IMG/VR virus record: IMGVR_UViG_3300032322_001107
Location: 1 to 64,000 of that record
DNA from: a virus
Strand: one strand, 5' to 3'
Length of the DNA stretch: 64,000 nt
Shown here: positions 30,288 through 38,842 of the stretch, one piece after another
Position numbering within the stretch: position 1 is the stretch's first letter
Layout of the letters: the number at the start of each line of letters is the position of its first letter
The notes under the pieces: model-generated
Told to the model about the DNA's origin: nothing
Seen by the model: only the letters and a program-made list of their open reading frames with translations
Database searches by the model: none
Made by a program: the position numbers and the translations under genes

Positions 30288-30557
30288 TCATGCGGTTCTC
30301 CAGAATCGTAGCTTCTTCTTTCCGCCCTCTGTCACCATGCGCGTAGGGTAGCACTTTCCGTTGCGGCGTCCCTGTTTTGAGGCGAGCGAGCGCAGAAAAT
30401 TCCAATCAGTTTCTAATCCAGTATCAGGCCAAGCAAAGGATTGGCCCACCTCTAGTTTTGAAAGCATAAAGGGAAGGGGATGGACGAGCGGCCCTCTCTC
30501 CCCCTTGCGGGGGAGGAGGACTTTGTCATCTATCGTGATGGTATAGGTGCGCTTCAT
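30288..30557 (-). CDS. Small DNA-binding-like phage protein
   Basis: LPFMLSKLEVGQSF...LRFWR, a pattern seen in small phage DNA-binding proteins. Confidence 0.55.
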   Translation of the reverse strand: MKRTYTITIDDKVLLPRKGERGPLVHPLPFMLSKLEVGQSFAWPDTGLETDWNFLRSLASKQGRRNGKCYPTRMVTEGGKKKLRFWRTA

Positions 30558-30576
30558 AGATCGGTGTGGAGTTGTT

Positions 30577-30774
30577 TCATTCTTCGTCCTCCGTCTGGCG
30601 AGGCTCTGGATCAACGTTTAGCGAAGCCTCATGGTTAATGATCTCGCGTTCTGTCCATCCGTAGTAGGGATTGGTGTTGAGGCCGCGACGATGCTCGTCA
30701 TCCATTGTCCTATACAGGTCGCGGCGGAAGTCATCCCGCAATTCCCGAAGGAATTCTCTGTCGAATTCAGTCAT
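30577..30774 (-). CDS. Hypothetical protein
   Basis: AAGGAG and an A/C-rich leader precede the ATG. Confidence 0.55.
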   Translation of the reverse strand: MTEFDREFLRELRDDFRRDLYRTMDDEHRRGLNTNPYYGWTEREIINHEASLNVDPEPRQTEDEE

Positions 30775-30934
30775 TGTGTTTTTCTCCTTTTGTTTTTGTT
30801 CCAGCATCGTGTCCATTCCAGTAGTCAGAATGGCGCTTTCCTAGTGGGTAGGGGTTGTTTTTTGGGAGATTGGCTTTGCCATCCCGAAATCCCTCCATCC
30901 ATGCCTTGGGAAGTTTTGGTTTTAGGCTTGTCAC
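30767..30934 (-). CDS. Rmf/CrpP-fold-like small protein
   Basis: AWMEGFRDG...NPY...YWNGHDAG. A GTG start overlaps the upstream stop. Confidence 0.5.
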   Translation of the reverse strand: MTSLKPKLPKAWMEGFRDGKANLPKNNPYPLGKRHSDYWNGHDAGTKTKGEKHND

Positions 30935-31110
30935 AGTGTCTTTCCTTTCGATGGGGCTTGGGTCACGATAGCTTTGCAAGCAGAACGTGCCGCCGCTTCG
31001 ACTCTGTCGATAGTTTCTTGTGACACTCTGGAAAACTTGTGGGCGCGATTTGCCTCTGCGAATTCCAGAATGTATTTTTTGACTTTGGATTTATTGATTA
31101 GACTGTTCAT
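30931..31110 (-). CDS. Histone-fold protein (truncated bacterial/phage type)
   Basis: LINKSKVKK...RVSQETID...GKTL follows the alpha1-L1-alpha2-L2 pattern of prokaryotic histones. Confidence 0.6.
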   Translation of the reverse strand: MNSLINKSKVKKYILEFAEANRAHKFSRVSQETIDRVEAAARSACKAIVTQAPSKGKTL

Positions 31111-31193
31111 GGTGTATTTTGTGTGGTTTATTCGGGGAAGGTTCCCCCTGCTATCCTCCCGCCCGAATTGACGGGAGGATAGACGGGACAACC

Positions 31194-32231
31194 CTAGTTG
31201 GCTAGGACTGCTTGTCTGACTGCCTCGCGGCCCCGCGAGAGCATCTTGTCACGATCTCCCGCGAGCATACCGATGAAGTTGCGCTTATGCTCTGCTGCTG
31301 AACCGAGTTGCGAGCGATAAACACGCGAGGCAAGGTTAGCTTTACGCCCCGTGCCGTTACCGCTTGTCCAGTATTCCGTTGCACCATTGGCGAGGTCATA
31401 CAGGTTGCGACCATTGTTCCCGATGCCATTAGCAAACAAATCAGCAATTTCCCGTGCCGCATTCATCGAACGGGTAGCGAGTTTGTTTTCCTTGGCATCT
31501 GTGGTCATGCAGAAATATCCCGCAGCCATTGCAAGCGCATCATTAGCGTCACACGCATGGTTTGCAAGGTATTCCATGACTTTGACAAGCTCAACACGCC
31601 CCTTGAGGATAGCGTTCAGGAGGTCACCGAGACCTTCCAAGGCAAACTCTGCATTTTTGGTATGGTAAACCTTCAAGACGTTTTCTGCCGCATCCCGTGA
31701 CCATTGGAACGTATTCATGCAGACAATACGGATTGCGGAATCGAAAGATTCCATAGCAATCGTGCCATCATGCGAGGTTACGAAATTCAAATTAGCTTTG
31801 AATTTGTCCCCATTGATGACCATGTCGGAATTCCCGATATCGCAGGAAATGGAAAACTTTTTTCCACGCTCCAACGTGCAGACCGATGTCACCTTGCAAT
31901 CAAGATCCCGAAGGGATTTTTGCATGACGTTCCAGATTTCGCGGTTGCTGATCACTTTATATCCCGCTTTGGGAATGTGCAAAGGAACCAAGGCATCCCG
32001 CCCTGAGAGATCAGGGCGAACTTTGCGATGGTCTGCAACGAGAACTTTGTAGTCTTCAAGCGTTGCCTGTTCCCCGTCCACCTGAACGTAAGCGGGGGAC
32101 TCGATGATATCGAACAGCAAAGGAGAAACTTCCTGATCTCCAATTGCTGAAACGTGTTGCGCGAGCCCGTGCCATTCGGTTCCTTGAACGGAAAGAACGA
32201 TGTCATGCGGTTGTTCGATTTTGTGACTCAT
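31194..32231 (-). CDS. DUF932 family phage/plasmid early protein
   Basis: WHGL, YKVISN, TSHDGT, IRIVCMNT, HTKN and LANGATEY motifs. Confidence 0.8.
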   Translation of the reverse strand: MSHKIEQPHDIVLSVQGTEWHGLAQHVSAIGDQEVSPLLFDIIESPAYVQVDGEQATLEDYKVLVADHRKVRPDLSGRDALVPLHIPKAGYKVISNREIWNVMQKSLRDLDCKVTSVCTLERGKKFSISCDIGNSDMVINGDKFKANLNFVTSHDGTIAMESFDSAIRIVCMNTFQWSRDAAENVLKVYHTKNAEFALEGLGDLLNAILKGRVELVKVMEYLANHACDANDALAMAAGYFCMTTDAKENKLATRSMNAAREIADLFANGIGNNGRNLYDLANGATEYWTSGNGTGRKANLASRVYRSQLGSAAEHKRNFIGMLAGDRDKMLSRGREAVRQAVLAN

Positions 32232-32319
32232 ATGTGTGGTTTTTTCTATGTGTGGTTTTGTTTTTGTTCGCCGCCCTTTGTCACCCTCAATTGAGGGGCA
32301 GAGTTTGTCGAACGAAATT

Positions 32320-32348
32320 GAATCTATTCGGGAAAGCTTTGTTGTCAA
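32320..32348 (-). promoter_or_regulatory. Sigma70 early promoter
   Basis: TTGACA-16 bp-TAGATT with an upstream A-tract. Confidence 0.6.
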
Positions 32349-32513
32349 ATGTTTTTTTTGACATGGAAAGAAAAAAGATTTTGCCCCTTGTCACCTTGTT
32401 TTTCGGGAGTGTCATCATAGCGGGGCGGGAAAGAAAATCGTTTTGCGGGGCATTTAAAGCGCGAAAATCGGGCGGGACGGGGCGGAGGATCGGACTCCGC
32501 GCACCCTGTCACC

Positions 32514-32759
32514 CTATCCGCCGAAAAGGGCAACGTTCAGGTCTCGCGCCTTTGTCTGTTGTCCCGCATGCTCTACGGCTTGCCAAGTGTCCCCGATTAG
32601 GGCGGAAACAATATCGTGCGCGTAAACGCTCCCCGTTTCGGTGTAGTCTCCCTCTACTGTCGCGAGGCGGATGTTTCCCTTGCGATTATCTGCCATAGTC
32701 GCGAACCATCCGTTACGGAGGCGGAATCGCGTCCCTTTCTTTATATCATTTGTTTTCAT
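32514..32759 (-). CDS. Hypothetical early protein
   Basis: Begins MKTNDIKKGTRFRLRNGW after an A-rich leader. Confidence 0.65.
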   Translation of the reverse strand: MKTNDIKKGTRFRLRNGWFATMADNRKGNIRLATVEGDYTETGSVYAHDIVSALIGDTWQAVEHAGQQTKARDLNVALFGG

Positions 32760-32801
32760 TTGTATTTTTTTGCTCTGTTTTTCTCTTGTCACCTTCAGGA
32801 A

Positions 32802-33053
32802 TCAAAGCGAATCCCCAGCCCGTGCAACCTTCGCTCTGACAATGGCGTTGTGCATTGCGTTTCGTTTATCAATCGCAACGTCAAATTTCAGGTTTAATTT
32901 ATCGTATTCTTTCGCGAGGTGTTGCGCTGTTTCGGACTCTCCGCCCGAATAATCGTCTGCAAGAGCAATTGCGGCCCCTGCAATCTTCATTGCTTCAAAG
33001 AATAGATCTTGCAAGGCGGAATCCCCTTGCCCGTTTTCATGGTCTTTTTTCAT
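32802..33053 (-). CDS. Hypothetical helical early protein
   Basis: A/C-rich leader before ATG 33053. Confidence 0.55.
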   Translation of the reverse strand: MKKDHENGQGDSALQDLFFEAMKIAGAAIALADDYSGGESETAQHLAKEYDKLNLKFDVAIDKRNAMHNAIVRAKVARAGDSL

Positions 33054-33131
33054 TTTGGTTTTTAGTTGGGGATTTTCCCCGTGTTGCCCCCTTGTCACAC
33101 TCAAAGGGGCAAAGGCGGGAAAGACAGCCCG

Positions 33132-33992
33132 TCAGTGAACACCGATAGCAATCGGGACGCCCCGAAACTTTTCAGAGCCACAGGCATGACCTGACGGGGT
33201 GCAATCGCCACACTTGCCAGAGCAAACAAAAACCCGTTTGCCAGCCTGTTCCCTAACGTCCCGCGCATAATCCGCGAAACCCTCATTCCGCTTTGATTGA
33301 TAGGCTCGCCCGTGATCCTTGGCGGTATTCACCGCGATGAATTCTCCCCGTGCAATGGGAAGTTTCGCCACCGCTTCTTTCTCAGCGTCTGAACCATTGC
33401 CACCGCTGGAAAGGTTCAACAGGTAGTTAGAAGGCCAGCGTCCGCCCGTTGCCTGATCATAAGACAGAAGCAAGCGCCAGCTTTTAGAGTAGCCGTAAAC
33501 CTGAAGATCAGGACGGGCGAAACAAAGGCGCATCCAGAACGCGAGGATTTCGGGGGACGCGAAGTCTCCATCAACATACAAGCGGACAATGGCATTTTGT
33601 GGAAGCTTCATCCAAGCCGCGACTATTTCATCCCGCCCCTCTTTAGTTCGGAGGCGAATACTGTTGACCAGTTGGCGCATGAAAGCCGCAGGATAGCGCC
33701 ATGCCTTGAAACTGTAGCAGAATCCCCCCATTAGCTCACCATTTGCCCCGTAAAGGCATTTACCAGCTTGGGGGCAATCAATCCCCGCGAGACTGGAGAA
33801 CGCATAGAATGGAAGCTTGGAATTTCCACCCTCCGCAAAAACGGCGGGAAGCTTCCCCGAATCGATGCGTTTAAAGCAGGATTGCCAACCGATCCCGCGA
33901 GACATAAAGAGATCGCGCAAAGGTTCAACGGATTGCGCTTCCACGCATTGCAGAGCCCCCGAATAGAGGGAAAGAGTGAATTGTTTTTTCAT
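33132..33992 (-). CDS. GP88-like phage protein
   Basis: GNSKL, CPQAGKC...CY, VRLYVDGDF, YGYSKS and C-terminal C-x3-C-x2-C motifs. Confidence 0.7.
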   Translation of the reverse strand: MKKQFTLSLYSGALQCVEAQSVEPLRDLFMSRGIGWQSCFKRIDSGKLPAVFAEGGNSKLPFYAFSSLAGIDCPQAGKCLYGANGELMGGFCYSFKAWRYPAAFMRQLVNSIRLRTKEGRDEIVAAWMKLPQNAIVRLYVDGDFASPEILAFWMRLCFARPDLQVYGYSKSWRLLLSYDQATGGRWPSNYLLNLSSGGNGSDAEKEAVAKLPIARGEFIAVNTAKDHGRAYQSKRNEGFADYARDVREQAGKRVFVCSGKCGDCTPSGHACGSEKFRGVPIAIGVH

Positions 33993-34004
33993 TAGGTGTT
34001 GGTG

Positions 34005-34208
34005 TTAGTGTTGAAAGAAACTATTGACAAGGGAAACCCCGAAAACAAACAAGACACTCCCCCCCACGCATAGCGCAAAGAAAGAAGCCTGCTTGAATTC
34101 TCGCATGATCCCGTGAACGTAGAATGACGCACGGGACGGATTTTTAATGATGGCGCGAACGTGCAAGGCGCATCGTCCGCCCGATGATGATGGATTAGTT
34201 TTTTTCAT
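34005..34208 (-). CDS. Small early protein with C-terminal hydrophobic segment
   Basis: Leader GCAACACC before the ATG, and a C-terminal FFALCVGGSVLFVFGVSLV segment. Confidence 0.5.
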   Translation of the reverse strand: MKKTNPSSSGGRCALHVRAIIKNPSRASFYVHGIMREFKQASFFALCVGGSVLFVFGVSLVNSFFQH

Positions 34209-34272
34209 GGTGTTGCGGGATTGTCTCCCCTGCTCCCCGCGAGACAGAGCCCACGGGGAGACGGGGAAGCAA

Positions 34273-34644
34273 TTAATCCATCCCCGATTCGGGTTGCAAG
34301 TAGGGAGCCGAACCGATGCCATAAGCCGCCGCTAGGCGAGCAAAGGCAAAATCCAGATCCCCGCTTTGTGCGCGATTCCTGCGCAATGCATAGACCTTCG
34401 CCGCATTAGTCCGATCAGGATGACGGCAAAGCTCATAGAAAGCTTCGCGAAGGCAATCTTGAACCTCCACGCCCCGCGCCCGAACCCGAACCACATTGCC
34501 AAAAACTTCCTTCGTAGCCTCGCCCCCGAACAAGGCAAAGTCCAAGGCATAGATGGCCGACCATCTACGCTCGCTAGTGGATTCCTGATCATTACGCACG
34601 GCGGAAAGGTTCCCCGTGCCCGTTGTGGTGCATGTGTTTTCCAT
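34273..34644 (-). CDS. First gene of the leftward early block, hypothetical
   Basis: 123 aa with a promoter directly upstream. Confidence 0.55.
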   Translation of the reverse strand: MENTCTTTGTGNLSAVRNDQESTSERRWSAIYALDFALFGGEATKEVFGNVVRVRARGVEVQDCLREAFYELCRHPDRTNAAKVYALRRNRAQSGDLDFAFARLAAAYGIGSAPYLQPESGMD

Positions 34645-34652
34645 ACGGGGAC

Positions 34653-34681
34653 AATATCGGGCGGGACTAACTAAAACGCAA
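34653..34681 (-). promoter_or_regulatory. Sigma70-like promoter, probably leaderless
   Basis: TTGCGT-17 bp-GATATT, with the ATG 8 nt downstream. Confidence 0.5.
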
Positions 34682-34827
34682 CTAGTTTTTTCAAACGAAT
34701 TGATAGAGCCTAATTAGAATTATTACAAATAATACTTGGCAATGTGCGGGAGGGGGGTAGGACACGAATGTCCGAGGGGGTAAGACATCGATGTCCTATG
34801 CCCCAGAAAATCAATTGAAAATAAAAC

Positions 34828-34856
34828 TTGCCTGCGGATTGATCCCGCTCTATTTT
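34828..34856 (+). promoter_or_regulatory. Sigma70-like promoter, probably leaderless
   Basis: TTGCCT-17 bp-TATTTT, with ATG 34865 8 nt downstream and an AT-rich upstream region. Confidence 0.5.
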
Positions 34857-34864
34857 TGCCCCTG

Positions 34865-35218
34865 ATGAACGCATCACCTACACACACACAAACGGGCGCG
34901 GGGGCAACTGCCGCGCAGACAGAGGCTAACTTTAAGGCCACGCTCGCGGGTCTTTTAGCGACTGGTAAAACCGAATCAGAGGCTTATGATATCCTCGCGG
35001 CAGACGGGACAGGGGTTTATTTTTATGACATCCTGCCCCCGAAAACTGTTTCTGTTTCGGAAGCGGAATTCCGCTCTATTGCCAGCACGAAGAACGCCCC
35101 CGCTGTTCGCATGCTCCAAAAGGCTGGGGGAACGGAGGATTCGTTTTCTGTAGTTTATAGGGCATGGGGGCGCGGCCCCGTCATTGACCTGATCCATGAC
35201 TTTGTCCCTATCTTCTAG
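34865..35218 (+). CDS. Monocistronic hypothetical early protein
   Basis: Has its own promoter and terminator. Confidence 0.65.
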   Translation: MNASPTHTQTGAGATAAQTEANFKATLAGLLATGKTESEAYDILAADGTGVYFYDILPPKTVSVSEAEFRSIASTKNAPAVRMLQKAGGTEDSFSVVYRAWGRGPVIDLIHDFVPIF

Positions 35219-35239
35219 GCGCGACCCAGTCTAGTCTTA

Positions 35240-35278
35240 AGACCCCGTCAGGCGAAAGCTTGGCGGGGTTTTTCTTTT
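35240..35278 (+). terminator. Rho-independent terminator
   Basis: ACCCCGTCAGGC-GAAA-GCTTGGCGGGGT followed by TTTTCTTTT. Confidence 0.85.
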
Positions 35279-35674
35279 CGGGTTTCCCCCCTAGCTTCTC
35301 CCGCTGTTCCCCCCTGCATGGTGCGCGTTCGCGTTGCCTTGCATTGTGCGCTTATTCTGTAAGCTTCCGAGGGTCATCATAGCGGACGCCTAATCAAAGC
35401 GTCTCATATGGCCGTATAAGCGGAGACTCATCTATCAGGTCAGGTGCATGGGGCAGGATGGTGCGACAACAGCGAACCAGCTATCAGTGCGGACGGGTGG
35501 ACGGGACGCGCAGGACAGCCAGCCGATAGACGCGAACCCACTCGCAGATCACAGACCCCACCACACCCGTCTCACCCCCGACCTTCTCTTGGCGCGGGCA
35601 CTGCGACTGGGAAAATACCCCCTCTCGAAAATTTTCTGTGCAAAAGTAACCCGTCAAGTAATAATTTATTAGGA

Positions 35675-35767
35675 ACGCTACTACGCTATGGGACGCTATT
35701 TGAGCGTGGTATAGCGTGGACGCTATCGCGCTATCCGCCCTTATAGAGGGGCGGTAAAGCGTAGCGT
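35675..35767. repeat. Cluster of ACGCTA/TAGCGT hexamers in non-coding DNA
   Basis: Nine exact or one-mismatch copies in both orientations within about 95 bp. Confidence 0.7.
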
Positions 35768-35883
35768 TGCTTTAATAGGGAATCGTCTTATTAAATCTTG
35801 CGCCCACTTTCTTTAATAGCCCCCACCCCCGTCTTTTCTCTTTATGGAGAACCCCCTACCACCTTGTTTGAATGAACCCCGCT

Positions 35884-36225
35884 TTAAATATTTTTCTCTG
35901 AAATGTTTTCGGAGATCTTTATGTTATGGGATGTTCCGTTGGAGAACTGGATGCATACCCGTTTTTTGACGGTGGTTGTTTCGGTGATTGAGGTGATTCC
36001 CAGCCAGTTTAGGAGTAGATTGTGTCGGCGTTTGCCCCAGATTTTGCCATTGTTGATCGCTATTTCTCCCTTTGCTAGTCCATCCAGAACACGGGCTTTG
36101 GTGATTATCCCCATTCTTCGGTGGAGGCTGACTCTACAGGTGGGAGCCAGTCCTTCTAGTTCGGGTGTAGCGTCTATTGATTCTTGTTCCCAAGGTTCTG
36201 GTTTGCGGGATTTGGTCGTGGTCAT
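35884..36225 (-). CDS. Hypothetical protein
   Basis: 113-aa ORF in the minus-strand block. Confidence 0.55.
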   Translation of the reverse strand: MTTTKSRKPEPWEQESIDATPELEGLAPTCRVSLHRRMGIITKARVLDGLAKGEIAINNGKIWGKRRHNLLLNWLGITSITETTTVKKRVCIQFSNGTSHNIKISENISEKNI

Positions 36226-36251
36226 GTGAGTGGATGGGGCGTAATTGCGTT

Positions 36252-36533
36252 CTATAGCTCTTCTGGGGCGTTTTCTGTCCAGAGACCTATCAAGTCATCG
36301 TAATGGACTACAACGTCTCCTAGGGCTTTCTGGCGCTCTATGTAGTCTGTGGCTTTGGAAAGGACGTAGAAGTAGACTGGGTTTGCCCCGCCTGACCTTC
36401 CTCTGACTGGAACCTTGAAGTTGTGCCATTGCTCTCCTGTCTCTTCGTCTTGGTATTGGGGGATGAAGATAGGGACTTCGGGGTCTTCGGTCTTTTTGAC
36501 TATCCTGTATGCTGTTCTGATGGATACTTTCAT
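36252..36533 (-). CDS. Hypothetical protein
   Basis: 93-aa ORF. Confidence 0.6.
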   Translation of the reverse strand: MKVSIRTAYRIVKKTEDPEVPIFIPQYQDEETGEQWHNFKVPVRGRSGGANPVYFYVLSKATDYIERQKALGDVVVHYDDLIGLWTENAPEEL

Positions 36534-36585
36534 GGATTCGGGGTTTGACTGTTAACTACAGGGGTTTATTCAAACCAAAATTGAA

Positions 36586-36882
36586 CTATTGTTCATTTGG
36601 TATGCAATTGTCATCTTCCAAGAAGATTGGGGTAGCGTCTCCGACATTGGCTCCAGCCACGTTGTAGTCGAAGTATTCTAGGGCTTGTTCTTCGTCCATG
36701 CCTTGGTCTATGAAGCATTGGATGGCTTTGGATTTGGAGTAGATGGCCACTGGGGAGTAGTTTAGGTAGCCTATTCCCATAAAGGCTTCTTCTAGGCCGT
36801 CTGCGAATAAGGCGCTCTCTCCCCTTTCTTTTAGGAGCTTGTCTGCTTCTACTGTGGTCATGATTTGCGGGATTAAGGACAT
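36586..36882 (-). CDS. Conserved-looking phage hypothetical protein
   Basis: ADGLEEAFMG...ALEYFDYNVAGANVGDATPIF, a pattern common in aquatic phages. Confidence 0.7.
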   Translation of the reverse strand: MSLIPQIMTTVEADKLLKERGESALFADGLEEAFMGIGYLNYSPVAIYSKSKAIQCFIDQGMDEEQALEYFDYNVAGANVGDATPIFLEDDNCIPNEQ

Positions 36883-37064
36883 GATTCGGGGTTTTGGGTA
36901 GCCGCTATGGCCAATTGGCGGAAGTCTTTGAGGAGGCGGTCTAGCTCTTCCAGTATCTTACTATCAGAGGAGGTTATCTGTAGGGGCCAGTCGGCGGTTT
37001 CCCCGCTGTTGCTTCGTATGAAGTCGTGGAGGGCTATTGCTGCTTCTAGTGCTTTGTGGTTCAT
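36873..37064 (-). CDS. Hypothetical protein
   Basis: Coupled small ORF. Confidence 0.55.
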   Translation of the reverse strand: MNHKALEAAIALHDFIRSNSGETADWPLQITSSDSKILEELDRLLKDFRQLAIAATQNPESCP

Positions 37065-37408
37065 TCTGATTCGGGGTTGGTCTCAATCGGGCCCAAGGAT
37101 ACAGGTTGTTTGAGCATAAAAGGCCTCTGGTGGGACTTTCTGCTGCTTGGCTTGCGACGATAGCCAACGAGGCACAAAGTCTCTCCTATGGCGTTGTAGA
37201 TGGGAAGTAGCCTACCGTCTTTGAGCAGCTTATTGATCTTTGGGTTCACGTTTCGGGGTTTTGGGGTATGGATTGCTGGGTTGCGGTCTTGCTTGACACC
37301 TATTTGTTTTGCTCGCATAAATAAAATCGTAGTTGTCCCGATACTTCGGCCCATCCACTTTCCTTGGTTTATCTCCCTTACCAGCCATCTAAAACTCCAG
37401 TGGGTCAA
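37061..37408 (-). CDS. Basic hypothetical protein (start uncertain)
   Basis: ORF in the operon; internal ATGs are possible starts. Confidence 0.45.
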   Translation of the reverse strand: MTHWSFRWLVREINQGKWMGRSIGTTTILFMRAKQIGVKQDRNPAIHTPKPRNVNPKINKLLKDGRLLPIYNAIGETLCLVGYRRKPSSRKSHQRPFMLKQPVSLGPIETNPESE

Positions 37409-37586
37409 TAACCCAGCCTAGTTGGGGATGGCGGTCTATGATTCGGCGTTGTAGCCCCTTAACGAAGTCTTCTCCTGACTCCTTGATGTCGCTATCCAGC
37501 CAGTCGCGAGTGGATTCCAACAGTGTTCTTAACGTGGATTCGGCGTGGGCTAGATCGTCGTTAAGCTGTGTAATTGTATTATTCAT
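37389..37586 (-). CDS. Hypothetical protein
   Basis: Helical 65-aa ORF. Confidence 0.55.
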   Translation of the reverse strand: MNNTITQLNDDLAHAESTLRTLLESTRDWLDSDIKESGEDFVKGLQRRIIDRHPQLGWVIDPLEF

Positions 37587-37657
37587 GTGAGAGGTTGGGG
37601 CGGGAGATAGGTCGAATTACCCCCCACCCCGTTGTCGGCGCAAACCAAACGACAAAT

Positions 37658-37870
37658 TTAGAATGCCTCGTCTACTTCCTCTTCCTTCTTGTAAGGAGGA
37701 GAGAACTTAAGGCTGACGTAGTCCACTCCCTTTTGGGACTTCTGTTTCCAGCCCGCAACGTCGAGGAGGACTCCATTGACCATCACCTTACCCTTGTGGG
37801 TCGGGGCTTTGGGGTTATCACTTTTGTTCGGGAACAATGCTCCCGAATTATCTTTTTGTTGGTTATTCAT
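37658..37870 (-). CDS. DUF736-like small protein with acidic tail (possible SSB)
   Basis: GALFPN...PTHKG...AGW...YVSLKF with a C-terminal EEVDEAF tail. Confidence 0.65.
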   Translation of the reverse strand: MNNQQKDNSGALFPNKSDNPKAPTHKGKVMVNGVLLDVAGWKQKSQKGVDYVSLKFSPPYKKEEEVDEAF

Positions 37871-37877
37871 AGTTATT

Positions 37878-38375
37878 TTATTTCTTTATTATCTCTTCAC
37901 TAATGGCCAGTAGGTCTACTGTAGGTACTACGGTCATCAGATCTTGTCTACCAGTTCTCTGGTAAAGTTTATAGACCTCTGGTTCGGCGCTGCGTTCATC
38001 TTTTTCTGTCAGCCCTTCGATGTAGGGCATGAGGGAACGTCTGTTAACGACGATCCAGTAGCGTCTGGTTTCAAAGACGATATAGTCGGCCTCTCCATAG
38101 AGCCATCCCAGTTCTCCGTGGACGTTGCGGAGTTCGACGTAATGCATGCGGTCTGTGGGTTCGGGATTTTCCCGCTTCCACTTCTTCATCGCCTTAACAT
38201 CGTAACGCTTACCGTCTGACTCCACATCCCAATGTTCTTTCATGTCCTGTTCAGGAGTTGAGAATGTAGGATTGTTTAGCAGTTCGGCAAAGCGTTGTTC
38301 GGCTTTTTGCCCGATTTCATAGCATGATTGGGTTGTTTCATAGCATGACGGGGTTGTTTCGCAGTATGTATTCAT
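37878..38375 (-). CDS. PD-(D/E)XK-like nuclease
   Basis: GQKAE, HWD, YDVKA and GWLYGEADYIVFE motifs. Confidence 0.55.
   Translation of the reverse strand: MNTYCETTPSCYETTQSCYEIGQKAEQRFAELLNNPTFSTPEQDMKEHWDVESDGKRYDVKAMKKWKRENPEPTDRMHYVELRNVHGELGWLYGEADYIVFETRRYWIVVNRRSLMPYIEGLTEKDERSAEPEVYKLYQRTGRQDLMTVVPTVDLLAISEEIIKK
38315..38356. repeat. 21-bp tandem repeat (2 copies plus a degenerate partial)
   Basis: TTTCATAGCATGATTGGGTTG followed by TTTCATAGCATGACGGGGTTG. Confidence 0.8.
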
Positions 38376-38382
38376 AGAAGGT

Positions 38383-38580
38383 TTAGACGCTGTAGTTTTG
38401 GAAACGTTCAAAGTTTATTGCCATACACCGCATGGCCTTTCCATCATTCCCCACATCCTTGGCCCAGACAGCATTATCGCTCACCACCCCGTATTCTTGG
38501 AGGAAGTTCATTACTTTAACTTCGTCCTCAGATCGGGTTTTGATCCACCTCTCTAGCTTATTCCCAGTATAGGAGGGCAT
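38383..38580 (-). CDS. Hypothetical protein
   Basis: Contains EVKVMNFLQEYGVVSDNAV. Confidence 0.55.
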   Translation of the reverse strand: MPSYTGNKLERWIKTRSEDEVKVMNFLQEYGVVSDNAVWAKDVGNDGKAMRCMAINFERFQNYSV

Positions 38581-38842
38581 AGATACCATAGGAGAATGTT
38601 CCCCAAAAGATAATGGCTAGGACGGATGCTGCGACTATTGTGGTTAGCTTCATTGTGGTTTGATTCGGTCTTTGATGACCTTGAGGGCTACAATAAGCAT
38701 AGCCCCCCAGAAAACAATAGCTACAAATGAGTCAACCATTGAGATAATTAGTCAACCATCAGTCAAGATGCTTGCCTGTGATTTTCCACCAGCCGATAAA
38801 CAAACAGGCCAGCATTGCGTAGATAGATCCTATAGCTTCCAT
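38558..38842 (-). CDS. Three tiny hydrophobic ORFs (38759-38842, 38650-38739, 38558-38653)
   Basis: Peptides of 27, 29 and 31 aa, each with one hydrophobic stretch. The last two are ATGA-coupled. Confidence 0.45.

Noticed and set aside
35280-35640. Possible tRNA or known ncRNA in the long intergenic region
   Set aside because: I could not find a cloverleaf, T-loop or CCA pattern by eye.
38315-38368. 21-bp tandem repeat as a regulatory or CRISPR-like array
   Set aside because: There are only two in-frame copies without spacers, most simply a local duplication in a nuclease N-terminus.
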